Positions 40,870 to 53,900 of a DNA stretch of 64,000 nt are shown here, piece after piece (the stretch's first letter is position 1; the number at the start of each line of letters is the position of its first letter). The stretch comes from Macrostomum lignano (taxonomy: Eukaryota): NCBI GenBank assembly GCA_002269645.1, contig NIVC01000546.1:124001-188000 (forward strand). The letters run 5' to 3'. Under the pieces are notes generated by a model. That model saw only the letters and a program-made list of their open reading frames with translations, made no database searches and was not told where the DNA came from. The position numbers and the translations under genes are program-made.

Positions 40870-40940
40870 GCCGGGTTACAGTGGCCGAGTGGATAATGCG
40901 TCAGACTGTCGCGTTGAAGTTCTGGGGTTCGAATCCGCAA
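40870..40940 (+). mobile_element. tRNA-derived SINE head or degenerate tRNA-like sequence
   Basis: Pol III A box tggccgagtgg and B box ggttcgaatcc at tRNA-like spacing; acceptor stem does not pair, so it is not called a tRNA. Confidence 0.55.
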
Positions 40941-41809
40941 TTGATTTGGGATTCTAAAAACTTGGCAGTTTGCTAACAGACACGGAAATGCAGGTTTCTA
41001 AGCCGTCATCAGCTAGAATTGGGTAGAAAATGGCAAAGCAGTTTGCACGTTTAACAAGTATATAAAATTGCTAGTTAATTTCTGCTTTCTTTAAAGCTAC
41101 TTTCGATACATATCGGCGGTCGCAAGATAAAAAGTAATATATGCATTAACTACTAGGCAACTACAAGGACAGAACGGCTTAAGTAGGTTACATTCTTCTA
41201 CTAATTCATCCTTGGGTAAATTATGAAATATCTGACGGATTTGGCGGTTGGACGGTCTCCTGCATAAAAAACTAGAAATGCAATAAAATATTTCAGATAA
41301 TTTTGACGCTACCCTGGCCCCTACGAACTAATTAGGATCAGGGCCACCACCATTATCCGATTAGATATTTCCAGCCGATAATAAAGTCTAAAACGAACAA
41401 TAGAGAGCCAGGTATCGATATGGTGGATTGAAAAAACCAATATAACGTTTTTTCCAGAATTATCAATACCCACTTGACAGACAGACAGCTGAGGGAACAG
41501 CTCTGCAGTCGGCATTGGGCACAAAAAAGCCGAGCTCATTTCAATTGAATTCACTGTCATTGCACAATATGCCTCCCGCATGAAGTCTGGTTGGACCAAA
41601 AACTGCATTTTTACCTTAGCTATCTCATGTATACAAAAGTGTTATGTATAACTATTAGCATTATTTGAGAAACAATAGAAACAGACAGGTTACGGCCATA
41701 GACTAGAACAGGCCTCTCTCTCGCCTACCCGCCTTTAATAATTTAGCTAAGCCCATGGAATTGATTTGTGTGCTCACTGCGCCCGCACAGTTGGTTGGGG
41801 AAAGAGGGT

Positions 41810-42872
41810 GAGACAGAGGGGAGAGGAACTGGGAATAGGGGTGAGACAGAGGGGAGATGAACTGGGAATAGGGGTGAGACAGAGGGGAGATGAACTGGGA
41901 ATAGGGGTGAGACAGTGGGGTGAGATGAACTGGGAATAGGGGTGAGACAGTGGTGAGATGAACTGGGAATAGGGGTGAGACAGTAGGGGGAGATGAACTG
42001 GGAATAGAGGTGAGACAGTGGGGGAGATGAACTGGGAATAGGGGTGAGACAGTAGGGGGAGATGAACTGGGAATAGGGGTGAGACAGAGGGGAGATGAAC
42101 TGGGAATAGGGGTGAGACAGTGGTGAGATGAACTGGGAATAGGGGTGAGACAGTGGGGAGATGAACTGGGAATAGGGGTGAGACAGAGGGGAGATGAACT
42201 GGGAATAGGGGTGAGACAGAGGGGAGATGAACTGGGAATAGGGGTGAGACAGAGGGGAGATGAACTGGGAATAGGGGTGAGACAGTGGGGAGATGAGCTG
42301 GGAATAGGGGTGAGACAGTGGGGAGATGAACTGGGAATAGGGGTGAGACAGTAGGGGGAGATGAACTGGGAATAGGGGTGAGACAGTGGTGAGATGAACT
42401 GGGAATAGGGGTGAGACAGTAGGGGGAGATGAACTGGGAATAGGGGTGAGACAGTAGGGGGAGATGAACTGGGAATAGGGGTGAGACAGTAGGGGGAGAT
42501 GAACTGGGAATAGGGGTGAGACAGTGGGGAGATGAACTGGGAATAGGGGTGAGACAGTGGGGAGATGAACTGGGAATAGGGGTGAGACAGTGGGGAGATG
42601 AACTGGGAATAGGGGTGAGACAGTAGGGGGAGATGAACTGGGAATAGGGGTGAGACAGTGGGGAGATGAACTGGGAATAGGGGTGAGACAGTGGTGAGAT
42701 GAACTGGGAATAGGGGTGAGACAGTAGGGGGAGATGAACTGGGAATAGGGGTGAGACAGTGGGGAGATGAACTGGGAATAGGGGTGAGACAGTAGGGGGA
42801 GATGAACTGGGAATAGGGGTGAGACAGTAGGGGGAGATGAACTGGGAATAGGGGTGAGACAGTGGGGTGAGA
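41810..42872. repeat. Minisatellite, 33-35 bp unit ggggtgagacagtggggagatgaactgggaata
   Basis: Direct tandem repetition, strongly G-rich. Confidence 0.96.
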
Positions 42873-43552
42873 TAACTTTAAATATGACTAAGAGATGAGC
42901 AGATGGTTAGAAGGAAATCCAGTAGAAACTGCCGATATGTATCGTAGAAGCCGTATCGAAGCAGTAAAACAGCGGAACAAAAAAGCCAGTCCCAATTATT
43001 CCAACAGTCGCCGGTGTCTCTGCTAAAGAATTAATTTTCCCACCGTGTGGTTTTCTTTTTGCCAGCAGGCAGCTGGGAGGGGGGTGGCGGCAGCGGCACA
43101 ATGCCTGCTAGACACAATTTGAGAGCTGAGCACACACACACACACACACACACGTATATATACATATTGGAATCCAGGCTCTCACTACTCAATACTCAAC
43201 TCAACAATGTCGCCTCGAGTAGGGCGCGAGTGGCACTTGAGTTCACGGGGAACCACCTGGGCGCAGTTTTGAGCACAGGAGTGAACTGGCTCAGACTCTG
43301 GAGAGCGGCATCAGAATAGCTAAGGAGGCCTGGGGTGAATATATTTATACAGAGCAGTGAGTCTGCTACTACCGAAATCTGTTCTGCCTCAATAGAAATC
43401 AATTTTTTCATAAATAGCCAATTGATTTTGCGTGGGTGCCGCGCAGTCGACTTTTTTATATTCCTGTTGCAGCGGCTTGCTTGATTAATTTCTGCCTTGC
43501 AGATTGGTTGCCATGGAAAAACAGGACACCCAGTGGAGATCCCGACTGGATC

Positions 43553-44728
43553 GGGATCACGGGACTAATGGGATTGGGACCTACAGACTTAGGGAGATTG
43601 GGATCACCGGACTAATGGGATTGGGACCTACAGACTTAGGGATTGGGATCACGGGACTAATGGGACTGGAACCTACAAACTTAGGGATTAGGATCACGGG
43701 ACTAATGGGACTGGGACCTACAGACTTAGGGATTGGGATCACCGGACTAATGGGACTGGGACCTACAGACTTAGGGATTGGGATCACGGGACTAATAGGA
43801 CTGGGACCTACAGACTTAGGGATTGGGATCACGGGACTAATGGGACTGGTACTGAGACCTACAGACTTAGGGACTGGGATCACGGGACTAATGGGACTGG
43901 GACCTACAGACTTAGGGATTGGGATCACGGGACTAATGGGACTGGGATCTACAGATTTAGGGATTGGGATCACGGGAATAATGGGACTGGGACCTACAAA
44001 CTTAGGGATTGGGATCACGGGACTAATGGGACTGGTACTGAGACCTACAGACTTAGGGACCGGGATCACGGGACTAATAGGACTGGGACCTACAGATTTA
44101 GGGATTGGGATCACGGGAATAATGGGACTGGGACCTACAAACTTAGGGATTGGGATCACGGGACTAATGGGACTGGTACTGAGACCTACAGACTTAGGGA
44201 CCGGGATCACGGGACTAATGGGACTTGGACCTACAGACTTAGGGATTGGGATCACGGGACTAATGGGACTGGGATCTACAGATTTAGGGATTGGGATCAC
44301 GGGAATAATGGGACTGGGACCTACAAACTTAGGGATTAGGATCACGGGACTAATGGGACTGGGACCTACAGACTTAGGGATTGGGATCACGGGACTAATA
44401 GGACTGGGACCTACAGACTTAGGGATTGGGATCACGGGACTAATGGGACTGGTACTGAGACCTACAGACTTAGGGACTGGGATCACGGGACTAATGGGAC
44501 TGGGATCTACAGATTTAGGGATTGGGATCACGGGAATAATGGGACTGGGACCTACAAACTTAGGGATTGGGATCACGGGACTAATGGGACTGGTACTGAG
44601 ACCTACAGACTTAGGGACCGGGATCACGGGACTAATGGGACTTGGACCTACAGACTTGGAGATTGGGATCACGGGACTAATGGACTAATGGGACTGGGAT
44701 CCACAGACTTGGAGATTGGGATCACGGG
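43553..44728. repeat. Minisatellite, 45/51 bp unit gggattgggatcacgggactaatgggactgggacctacagactta
   Basis: Direct tandem repetition with GGG runs; explains the GIGITGLMGLGPTDL ORF. Confidence 0.96.
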
Positions 44729-46397
44729 ATTTGTGTCTCTCAGTCAGACAAAAAGAGTAAAACAAACACGTTAACAAAGAGTTGCATATAAAATATTTTG
44801 TGTGAAAATGTGTCACATAACTGACGACCGATGACAATCAATCACTTTAATAGCAGAAAGAGAGAATAGTTGACGCGAACAGATAAGCAAGAGAAAAAGG
44901 GGTCTGGCTTGTTAAGGCGGAGCTGATCTGTCTGTCTCGGATGCATCGTTAGCAACAGCAGAGAAAAAAACAGACTGAGACAGGGGGGGGGGGGTTAGTT
45001 TTTGAGTGTGGGGGAGTCGCGGCAAAGTTAAAGAAAAAGATGCTAACCACTATCAATAGCTACATTAGCAAACAGGTCTTCACTGGTGAACTGAAAGTCT
45101 CCAGTGAAGAATTTTATACGCATTGGTTAATTTAGCAGACTTGTAAGGGGATATTTATAGTTTAGGCAGTAAATATACAATAAACACTAACTAACTACTC
45201 GCGAAAGTAGCTTGAACGCAAATTAGTATTTAATTTATATATATAAATAATAAAAAATGTTCATCGAAACTCAGAATTGGTTTATAAATAAAACTGATTA
45301 TGAATCTGTAGTCGAAGCAAAGAATTGGGGGACAACAACAGCGAGACATGTGGGGATGCGGGGAGCCAAACCTGCCAATCTACTGAATCAGGAACTTGAA
45401 TAGAATCAAATTTGATTATTTAATATGTTGAAAAAGTCGATTAGAATGAGACACAACGGAGCGGCGACTCCAATCTGAATATAAGCGCATGCGAGCTGGT
45501 CTGGGTAATTAACAAAGCAATTAACTATGAACTATGATTCTAGTTAATAAGTTATTGAAAGTACAGGACAGGGAGAAGCGCGCGGTTTAGGCCTTAAGTT
45601 TTTCATATTGATCTCGAATTTTGTTACATAAAATCAACAAGCAAAACTGGCAAAAATGTTGGGATAAATATTTCTCAGCGAAACAGTTTTGATGCTGCAG
45701 TGGGATGGCAAAGAAAGCCGCCCCCCACAGGCAAAGCGAACCGGGTGCTGGCAGGAACTCGCAGTTATTGTGCTCAAATTCTCCCAAGCCCAGATCTGAC
45801 AACAGCAACAACAGAAATAAAGAGTTTTTTTGCTTTAACTACTACTGACAAAACGCTAGGAAAGTGAGTAGCAAGTTCAGCAAATTAGATCATAAGAATA
45901 GTGCAAGATGAGGAGCATAAGCATATCTTCACGGCATATATTAAGTGTTTCTCAACACTGTAAGAGACCAAAATTATCAGAGAAATCTCAGAATAGAGAG
46001 AAAAATAAATTTAATTAAAAATGTTTCCAGACAAACGGCATGTTTTGGAACAGAGCGACAGAGTTCAGGGGGGCGAAGAGCTGGTTTAAAAATAGAATTC
46101 ACATATATGCATAAATATATAGATCAATAGCTATGAACAAACTGGTGAATATAATTTAGGAAACACTGCGCTGCAAAGACGGGCAGACATCCAACTGATC
46201 TGGTCAGTCAATCAATCACTCTAATGGATTTCAATAGTAAAAACTGTGCACTCACTGACCCCCCCCAAACTCCATTTCTGCTATATCAATAAAATAATTA
46301 GAATGACAAAATCGAGAAATGGCGGCGACATCAAAGGCGGCGTTTATTGAAATAAGAATCTTTTTTCTCAGTCAGAAGCATCCTCTGGTGAAAGAAA

Positions 46398-46724
46398 TCA
46401 CATGGTTGAAGTGCTGGTTGTTGACGATACTACTGTTGAATCGGCCGGACCAGTAGTATTGGCGGTGTTTGCTGTGCCCGACTTTTTCAGCTCGGAGTCA
46501 GGCGGAGGCGAGGGCGAGTCCCGGCCGCTCTCCACGTCGAAGGCTTCGTCGCTTGGAGGAGGCGGAGGCGGCGGTGGAGGCGCGGGCGCCTGCTGCTGAC
46601 TGACGCCTGCTGGAGGTCGGTATTGCCGGGTAGAAGTCTGCTGCATCTGCTGCGGCTGCTGCGGCTGCTGGGCCGGCGGAGTCGGCGGCTCCTCGGGCGA
46701 TGTGGCCTCGTCTGAGTCTTGATT
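46398..46724 (-). CDS. USP9X: USP9 terminal exon ([14 protein letters not shown]...)
   Basis: Acceptor gcttcag|aat, phase 0; stop at 46398-46400. Confidence 0.8.
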   Translation of the reverse strand, partial: NQDSDEATSPEEPPTPPAQQPQQPQQMQQTSTRQYRPPAGVSQQQAPAPPPPPPPPPSDEAFDVESGRDSPSPPPDSELKKSGTANTANTTGPADSTVVSSTTSTSTM

Positions 46725-47896
46725 CTGAAGCATGGGTTGAGTTGACTGGGTTAATGGGCTGGTGTTGATTGATCTGATTGATTGATTGACTGGTGTTGAT
46801 TGATTGATTGACTGACTGGTGTTGATTGATAGACTTTGATTGATAAATTGACAACCTTGCTCGACAGATTGACAGATAAAAAAAATAAAAAATGACAGAT
46901 ACAAATAAATTGACAAGTGGCCTGACCCTGGCCCTACTAATACGCTTAGCAATAATAAAACTCACAAATTTGAGCAGGAAATTATCCGCCCGCGTCAGAG
47001 TGCTCCTGGCCGAGTTGGTTCGCTCAATATAATAGCCTGAGCTGGTCTCGTTGCTGGCCTGACAGACGGCGGCGGCAGCGGCTGCTGCAGCGGCGGCGGC
47101 TGTCGGGCTGCTGGTGGCAGCGGCGGCGGCAGCAGCCGTAGCGGTGTAATAAGACGGCGGGCGCCTGTCCAGTTCATCATTGAGCCAGTCCACAGCCCGG
47201 CGGTACTGCTTCATCATGTTGTTATCGCTGCTGAGCAGCTCCTCAGCGGCTGGGCAGCGCTCGAGCAGGCGGGTGACCAGCTTGAAGCACTGGTAGCTGC
47301 GCTTTTGCTGGTGCGCCTTGCAGGTGTTGAAGGTGTCGAACAGGCCGTCGGAGTCGCGGTGGCCCAGCAAGGCGTTGTGAATCCGCTGCTTCTGCCAGCT
47401 GTCCTCAATGAGCAGGAATTCGAGCAGCAGGTCTAGGAAAGGCCGCAGCTCATTGGAATAGGTGTAGTTGATGAACCAGATAATCTCAATGATGACCAGC
47501 TGGGAGAAGACGGAATTCTCCCAGGACAGAAACAGGATCAGCGACACAACATCCGGATTAGATGCGTTGCCGTCTTCCAGCATCTTTTTGATGATGCGGT
47601 TCTGCGGCGTCTTGTAGAGCATGTTGGCCAGGTCCGCCGGCAGGGCGCTGAGCGGCCGACCGCCAAGGCGCTCGTCCAGGTAGGGGTTGGGCTCGGCCGA
47701 AAGGCGCTGGTCGATGGTCTGGCAGTGCGGCAGAGTGTCGTAGCAGCGGACGAGGATAGACACCACGGAGAACAGCTTGCCGAATTCGGCGTACTGATAC
47801 TTCACCGGCGGGCAGATGCCGCCCTCCTCCGTGACGAGCAGCAGGAAGAAGTAGGGCACGCGCAGGTTCAGCAGGAGGCGGCGTTCGGACACGCCC

Positions 47897-47935
<39 letters not shown>

Positions 47936-50900
47936 AATTGCATTGGCTCACCGCCACGCAAGTAGCAGTGGAACAGGTAGAAATACTGCGGCAAATGGCG
48001 GCCGTGCTCGCTGACCTCCCGCCTGAGCAGTTGCAGCACCGACCAGAGCAGCAGCTCGGCACAGGGGCGCGGAGTCGGGTCCTGGTAGAGGTTGCGGACC
48101 GCCCAGTCTGGGCAGGGCCCGTCCTCCGCGCTCAGGTGGGCGGTGCAAACTATGAGGCGGGCAAAGAAGCCTCGAACATCAGAGGCCGGGCATTCGAGCA
48201 GGTATTCGCTAATCCGATTGGGATGATCAAAGAACGCCTCCTTAGCGAAGTAGTTGCGCACCTTGGCTGAGACGCGCAGGTGAGCAGCGATGATCTCGAG
48301 CCAGTCGCTGGGCTGGCCGCGCAAAATCTTCTTGGCCCGGAGGCCGACCGAGAACAGGAAGCGGACGGCCAGGTTCAGACAGCAGATTGACATCTCCTCG
48401 GCCAGGTGGCCGTCCATCTGCTGCTGCTGGTCGGTAGGGCGGGGCGCATTCTCCTTGATGAGGGTCTTGATGAAGCTGAAGTACTCCTGAGAGAACTGGG
48501 CCTTATTGTGCATGAACATGAGGTTCTGTCGGCGGACCATCCGATCGATGGAGCTGGGCAGGCGGGTGGTTGACGGCTCGGTGAGGCTGAGGTCGCTGAA
48601 GGATTTGGTGAGGGTGACCACCGCTTCGGAGGTGGCAAAGTCCAGCCTCTCGTAGAACAGAATGTAGGCATTCCACCAGCGGTTCTGCTTGCGCATCTGC
48701 ATCTTGCGGATCATGTGATCGTACACCTCGCCAACGTACAGTCCGCCGAAGCACTGCGACTTCAGTTCCTCGTCGTCTTCGAGCTTGTATTCGGACACGT
48801 CGTTATCGTCGAATTTGTACCACTTCTCGGCGCCGTCGCGGCCGCGGTGCAGGATGTAGGCGTAATAGTGGCCGCCGGTGGCCTGGCCGCTGTGCACCAC
48901 CACGCCAACCAGGCGGTACTTCGTTGAGGCTTCAACATTGGCGCCGCCTTCGCCAGCATTGGCGGTTGACGCCTCGGCGGAGCTCGACGAGGCATCGTCG
49001 GCGTCGTCTTCGATGGTCTCGCCTTCAATTTTGGCGAGGCCGCGCACAGTGTACGGCTCCATGTCCACCTGGCGGGGAAACTCGAAATGGTCGTTGAACT
49101 TCACGGCAACGTCCTTCTCCCAGTCGTAGTCGAATCGCTTCAGCTGGATGGCCAGAATAGAGGGCAGCTTCTTGATGCAGAGCCGCTTCACCGTGTCAAC
49201 CTTCTTGTTACACTTTTCGCACAGGTAGGCATTGTCACCCTCGAGTAGGTCGCCTTTCACGTATTGCTCAAGCGATTCGAACAGGTTGGTGTGATTGCGA
49301 ATGTCGATGTTGAGAGTTGTGAACGGTTCCTCGCGCGAGTAGCGGTGCGGACAGTCCTTGCAGATTTTCTGGTCCGCGAAGGTGCCACCGAGAACCTGAC
49401 AATGGGCGGTGTTGGTTGTAAGTGAGCAGACCTTCTGTGGTGCCTGGGCAGTGACTGTCTACCTGGCAGTGAGTCTGTCTACCTGACAGTGAGTCTGTCT
49501 ACCTGACAGTGAGTCTGTCTACCTGACAGTGAGTCTGTCTATCTGACAGTGAGTCTGTCTACCTGGCAGTTAGTCTGTCTACCTGACAGTGAGTCTGTCT
49601 ACCTGACAGTGAGTCTGTCTACCTGACAGTGAGTCTGCCTACCTGACAGTGAGTCTGTCTACCTGACAGTGAGTCTGCCTACCTGACAGTGAGTCTGCCT
49701 ACCCCATGCTCACCTTCTCAATAATTTTTGGCTGTCCGAGCGTCTTCATAGCCTCATCAAGGCTGTCCACCAGACAGTTGAAGAACTCCAAAGCGTCGTG
49801 CTGCTCGCGCAGGTTCACCGGTTCGCCCCACAGCCGGAAGTGGCTCCAGAAGCTCCGAGGCGTGTAGAACTGCAGCTTGGAGCAGGCCAGCTGGCCAAAC
49901 AGCGCCTGTATGTGCTGCAGCAGAGTGACATTGTAGTCCGCCTGCTGCGGCTTCTGTTGCTGCTGCTGCTGTTGCTGTTGAAACAACAACGGCGGATGCT
50001 GCTGTTGCTGTTCGTCCTCTTCCAAGAAGAGGTAGTCGCATCCGGTATCCACAGACAGGATGGCATTCCGTATGGGATGAATCATGTACAGCTGCTGGAT
50101 GACCGAGTTCATGTAGCAGGTGGCGCCGGCATTCTTCAAACCGACGAAGCCCTCGGGCGGCCGGGCATTCACCGGGGGCAGGTATTCCCATTCGCAAGGC
50201 GGCATGGCGGCAGAGTCAGAATAGTACATGCGCACTAGCCGGTCAGTCAGGCACTGCAAATTCTCCAGACAGTCGGTGCAGAGAGCCACGATCAGGTCGA
50301 ATGCACCCTGGCATGCAGCCTGAGACTGGCACAGCGGTACAGTTGACTGTTCCAGAGACTGGTCCAGGATGAACTTGGAGGCTGGGAACAGGAAGTCCTC
50401 GATTAGGTCCACGATCAGCTGGGGTCCGCCCGGCTCACTGCCCAGGTAGCGTCGGCGAGATCGAGCGAACCGGACCAGCTCCTTGCAGACTCGAAGGTGG
50501 CCCTGGTGACAGCGGGGCGGCTGGATACTGTAGCTGCATACCACTAGTGCTGTCTTGAATGTGTCTTTAACCTGAGCCACCTCATATGCTCTCGTTGCTA
50601 AACGGCTAACTGGCACTGTAATATGAACACCTGACTACCTTACTGAACACATGACTACCTCATTGACCACCTAACTGCCTCATTAACCACCTGACTACCT
50701 CATTAACCACCTAACTGCCTCATTAACCACCTGACTACCTCATTAACCACCTGACTGCGTCATTGACCACCTGACTACCTCATTAACCACCTGACTGCCT
50801 CATTAACCACCTGACTGCCTCATTAACCACCTGACTACCTCATTAACCACCTGACTGCCTCATTAACCACCTGACTACCTCATTGACCACCTGACTGCCT

Positions 50901-53900
50901 CATTAACCACCTGACTGCGTCATTGACCACCTGACTACCTCATTAACCACCTGACTGCGTCATTGACCACCTGACTGCCTCATTAACCACCTGACTACCT
51001 CATTGACCACCTGAATACCTCATTAACCACCGGACTACCCCATTGAACACCTGACTAACTACCTCATTGACCACCTAACTGCCTCATTGACCACCTGACT
51101 ACCTCATTAACCACCTGACTGCGTCATTGACCACCTGACTGCGTCATTGACCACCTGACTACCTCATTAACCACCTGACTACCTCATTAACCACCTGACT
51201 ACCTCATTAACCACCCGACTACCTCATTGACCACCTGACTGCCTCATTGACCACCTGACTGCCTTATTAACCACCTGACTGCGTCATTGACCACCTGACT
51301 GCGTCATTGACCACCTGACTGTGTCATTAACCACCTGACTGCGTCATTGACCACCTGACTACCTCATTAACCACCTGACTACCTCATTAACCACCTGACT
51401 ACCTCATTAACCAACTGACTGCGTCATTGACCACCTGACTGCGTCATTGACCACCTGACTGCCTCATTGACCACCTGACTACCTCATTGACCACCTGACT
51501 ACCTCATTAACCACCCGACTACCTCATTGACCACCTGACTGCCTCATTGACCACCTGACTGCCTTATTAACCACCTGACTGCCTCATTGACCACCTGACT
51601 GCCTCATTGACCACCTGACTACCTCATTGACCACCTGACTACCTCATTAACCACCCGACTACCTCATTGACCACCTGACTGCCTCATTGACCACCTGAGT
51701 GCCTCATTGACCACCTGACTGCCTTATTAACCACCTGACTGCGTCATTGACCACCTGACTGCGTCATTGACCACCTGACTGCGTCATTAACCACCTGACT
51801 ACCTCATTAACCACCTGACTGCGTCATTGACCACCTGACTACCTCATTGACCACCTGACTACCTCATTAACCACCTGACTACCTCATTAACCACCTGACT
51901 ACCTCATTAACCACCTGACTGCGTCATTGACCACCTGACTGCGTCATTGACCACCTGACTGCCTCATTGACCACCTGACTGCCTCATTGACCACCTGACT
52001 GCCTCATTGACCACCTGACTGCCTTATTAACCACCTGACTGCGTCATTGACCACCTGACTGCGTCATTGACCACCTGACTGCGTCATTAACCACCTGACT
52101 ACCTCATTAACCACCTGACTACCCCATTAACCACTTGACTACCTCATTAACCACCTGACTACCTCATTAACCACCTGACTACCTCATTGAATTCTCACCT
52201 GCAGCAGATTTTCATCGCACGGTGCCTGGGCCTCTTTAACAGCTTTAAGCCAGGCAATCTCATTGGTCAGAAGTTTCTCCGCGTTGCCCAGTTGACAGCC
52301 GCGCTCGTGATAATTCGATAGCAGCGTTTCCAATAGTAGAAAATATTCCAGACTCTGCCGCTCGTGCTGTTTCACCAAGTTATTAAGCTGAGTGAACAGC
52401 AAAGTGGTAAAGAATAGCAGAGGCCGGGTCTCCAGGGAGCAGCAGGTGGCGATGATAGCGAACTGTTCGCGAGCGCTGTCGCGAACCTCGGGCAGGGGAC
52501 AAAGGATCAGAGCGTCGGTGATGAACAACTGCCAGTAGCGCTCCCGGCATAGCGACTCAACCGCGGACGAATTCACCTGAGAGTAATTGGAATCGGTTGA
52601 ATTAAATATCCTTGCAGTGGTACTTATAGTAAACGAAATAGATTTTTGGAAATTTCAACATATCTGCTTTTTCCGATATGTATCGAAAACTAATAAATTA
52701 AGTGACATTTTTAATGAAAATTGTGAAAAAGATAATTAAAATGCTCAAAAAAGTGTTTTACTGATGCTAGCCGATATGTATCGAAAGCTACTTAATAAAG
52801 CGCATTTTTCAAAGGGTGATATACATTAGTGAACAAATAGCTAGCCACTTACAGACAGGTACAGCGACAACAGCTCAAGACTGAGCACAGCCAATTCTCT
52901 ATCGGGCAATGATTGCAAGCTGGCTAAATCCGGTTCCGATACGGCCAGCCTCTCCATAGCCGCGTGCACCTCCTCGTAGGGCCTGTAGGCCAGCTCGACA
53001 GCGTGAGCGGCGCTGGCCCAAGCCAGCCTGGCAGCCGCGGCCACAGCCTCTGTGGAGGCCAGAGCCGGCAGGTCCTGGCGCAGCAGGCGGGACTCGCACA
53101 GGCTTCGAACAGAGTCGCGAGCCACCCGGGAGCAGTGCTGTTTCAACAGGTAGTCGCGCAGCTGATGCGGAGTGTGATGGATGCTGCTGATGAGGACTCT
53201 GGCGCTGTCAGCCAGTTGACTGGGCAGCAGCTGAGGGTCGCCGCTCTGCTGAGCGTAGAGCAGGGCGAAGGCTACGCCAGTGAGCAGCAGTTTGGCCAGG
53301 CGGACAAGCCACAGGTGGATGAGCTTTCGAGTTGGCAGGTCGGCCCTGGTCAGGTAGTCCGTGCTGGTGAACGCGGCTAGAATGACGCCAACACCGCCGC
53401 GTTCGACAAACTTCACAAGCAGCAGCTGGCTGTCCGGACAGACGGACTCGCTGGCCGGGAACAGCAGGCTGTACAGCACCTGGGCATTGTAAAGCAGCTC
53501 ACTCGGGCCGGCTTTGTCAAACAGAGCGTCTCGGAGTTCACCGGGCGCTGCTGACGCGTCGGCTGTTGAATCTCCGCAGCAGAGCGAGCGGAGCAGCTGC
53601 ACCTGGCGATGGTGCGGCGGCATGAGGTCCAGCAGGTCGCGTACACCCTGCCTGAGGCTGGGCAAGTCCAGCTCGGAGCCCAGGTCGGCCAGGCAGAATA
53701 GAAAATTGGCCAGGTCGGGGTGCAGTTCGCCGGACATGATGACGCCAGGCAGGCAGGCCTCCGAGGCGGCCGGGACAGCGTCCAGCAGCTGCTGCTGCTG
53801 CTGCAGGAGAGGCGGCTGCTGGCCAGGCAGATGCGGCTGCTGATGCTGCACCTGCGCCTGCTGCTGCTGCTGCCTCGGCGAGCCGCCATCAACGGAGCTG

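Noticed and set aside
40870-40945. Possible tRNA-Asp-like gene
   Set aside because: Acceptor and anticodon stems do not pair properly; treated as a SINE head.
43504-44688. 394-aa Gly-rich collagen-like ORF
   Set aside because: Translation of the 45/51-bp array; the antisense frame is equally open and there is no strict Gly-X-Y periodicity or signal peptide.
46498-49260. 920-aa ORF taken as the true USP9 C-terminus
   Set aside because: It starts inside an exon that begins at 49395 and runs through the intron after 46966; the spliced terminal exon 46398-46724 is better supported.
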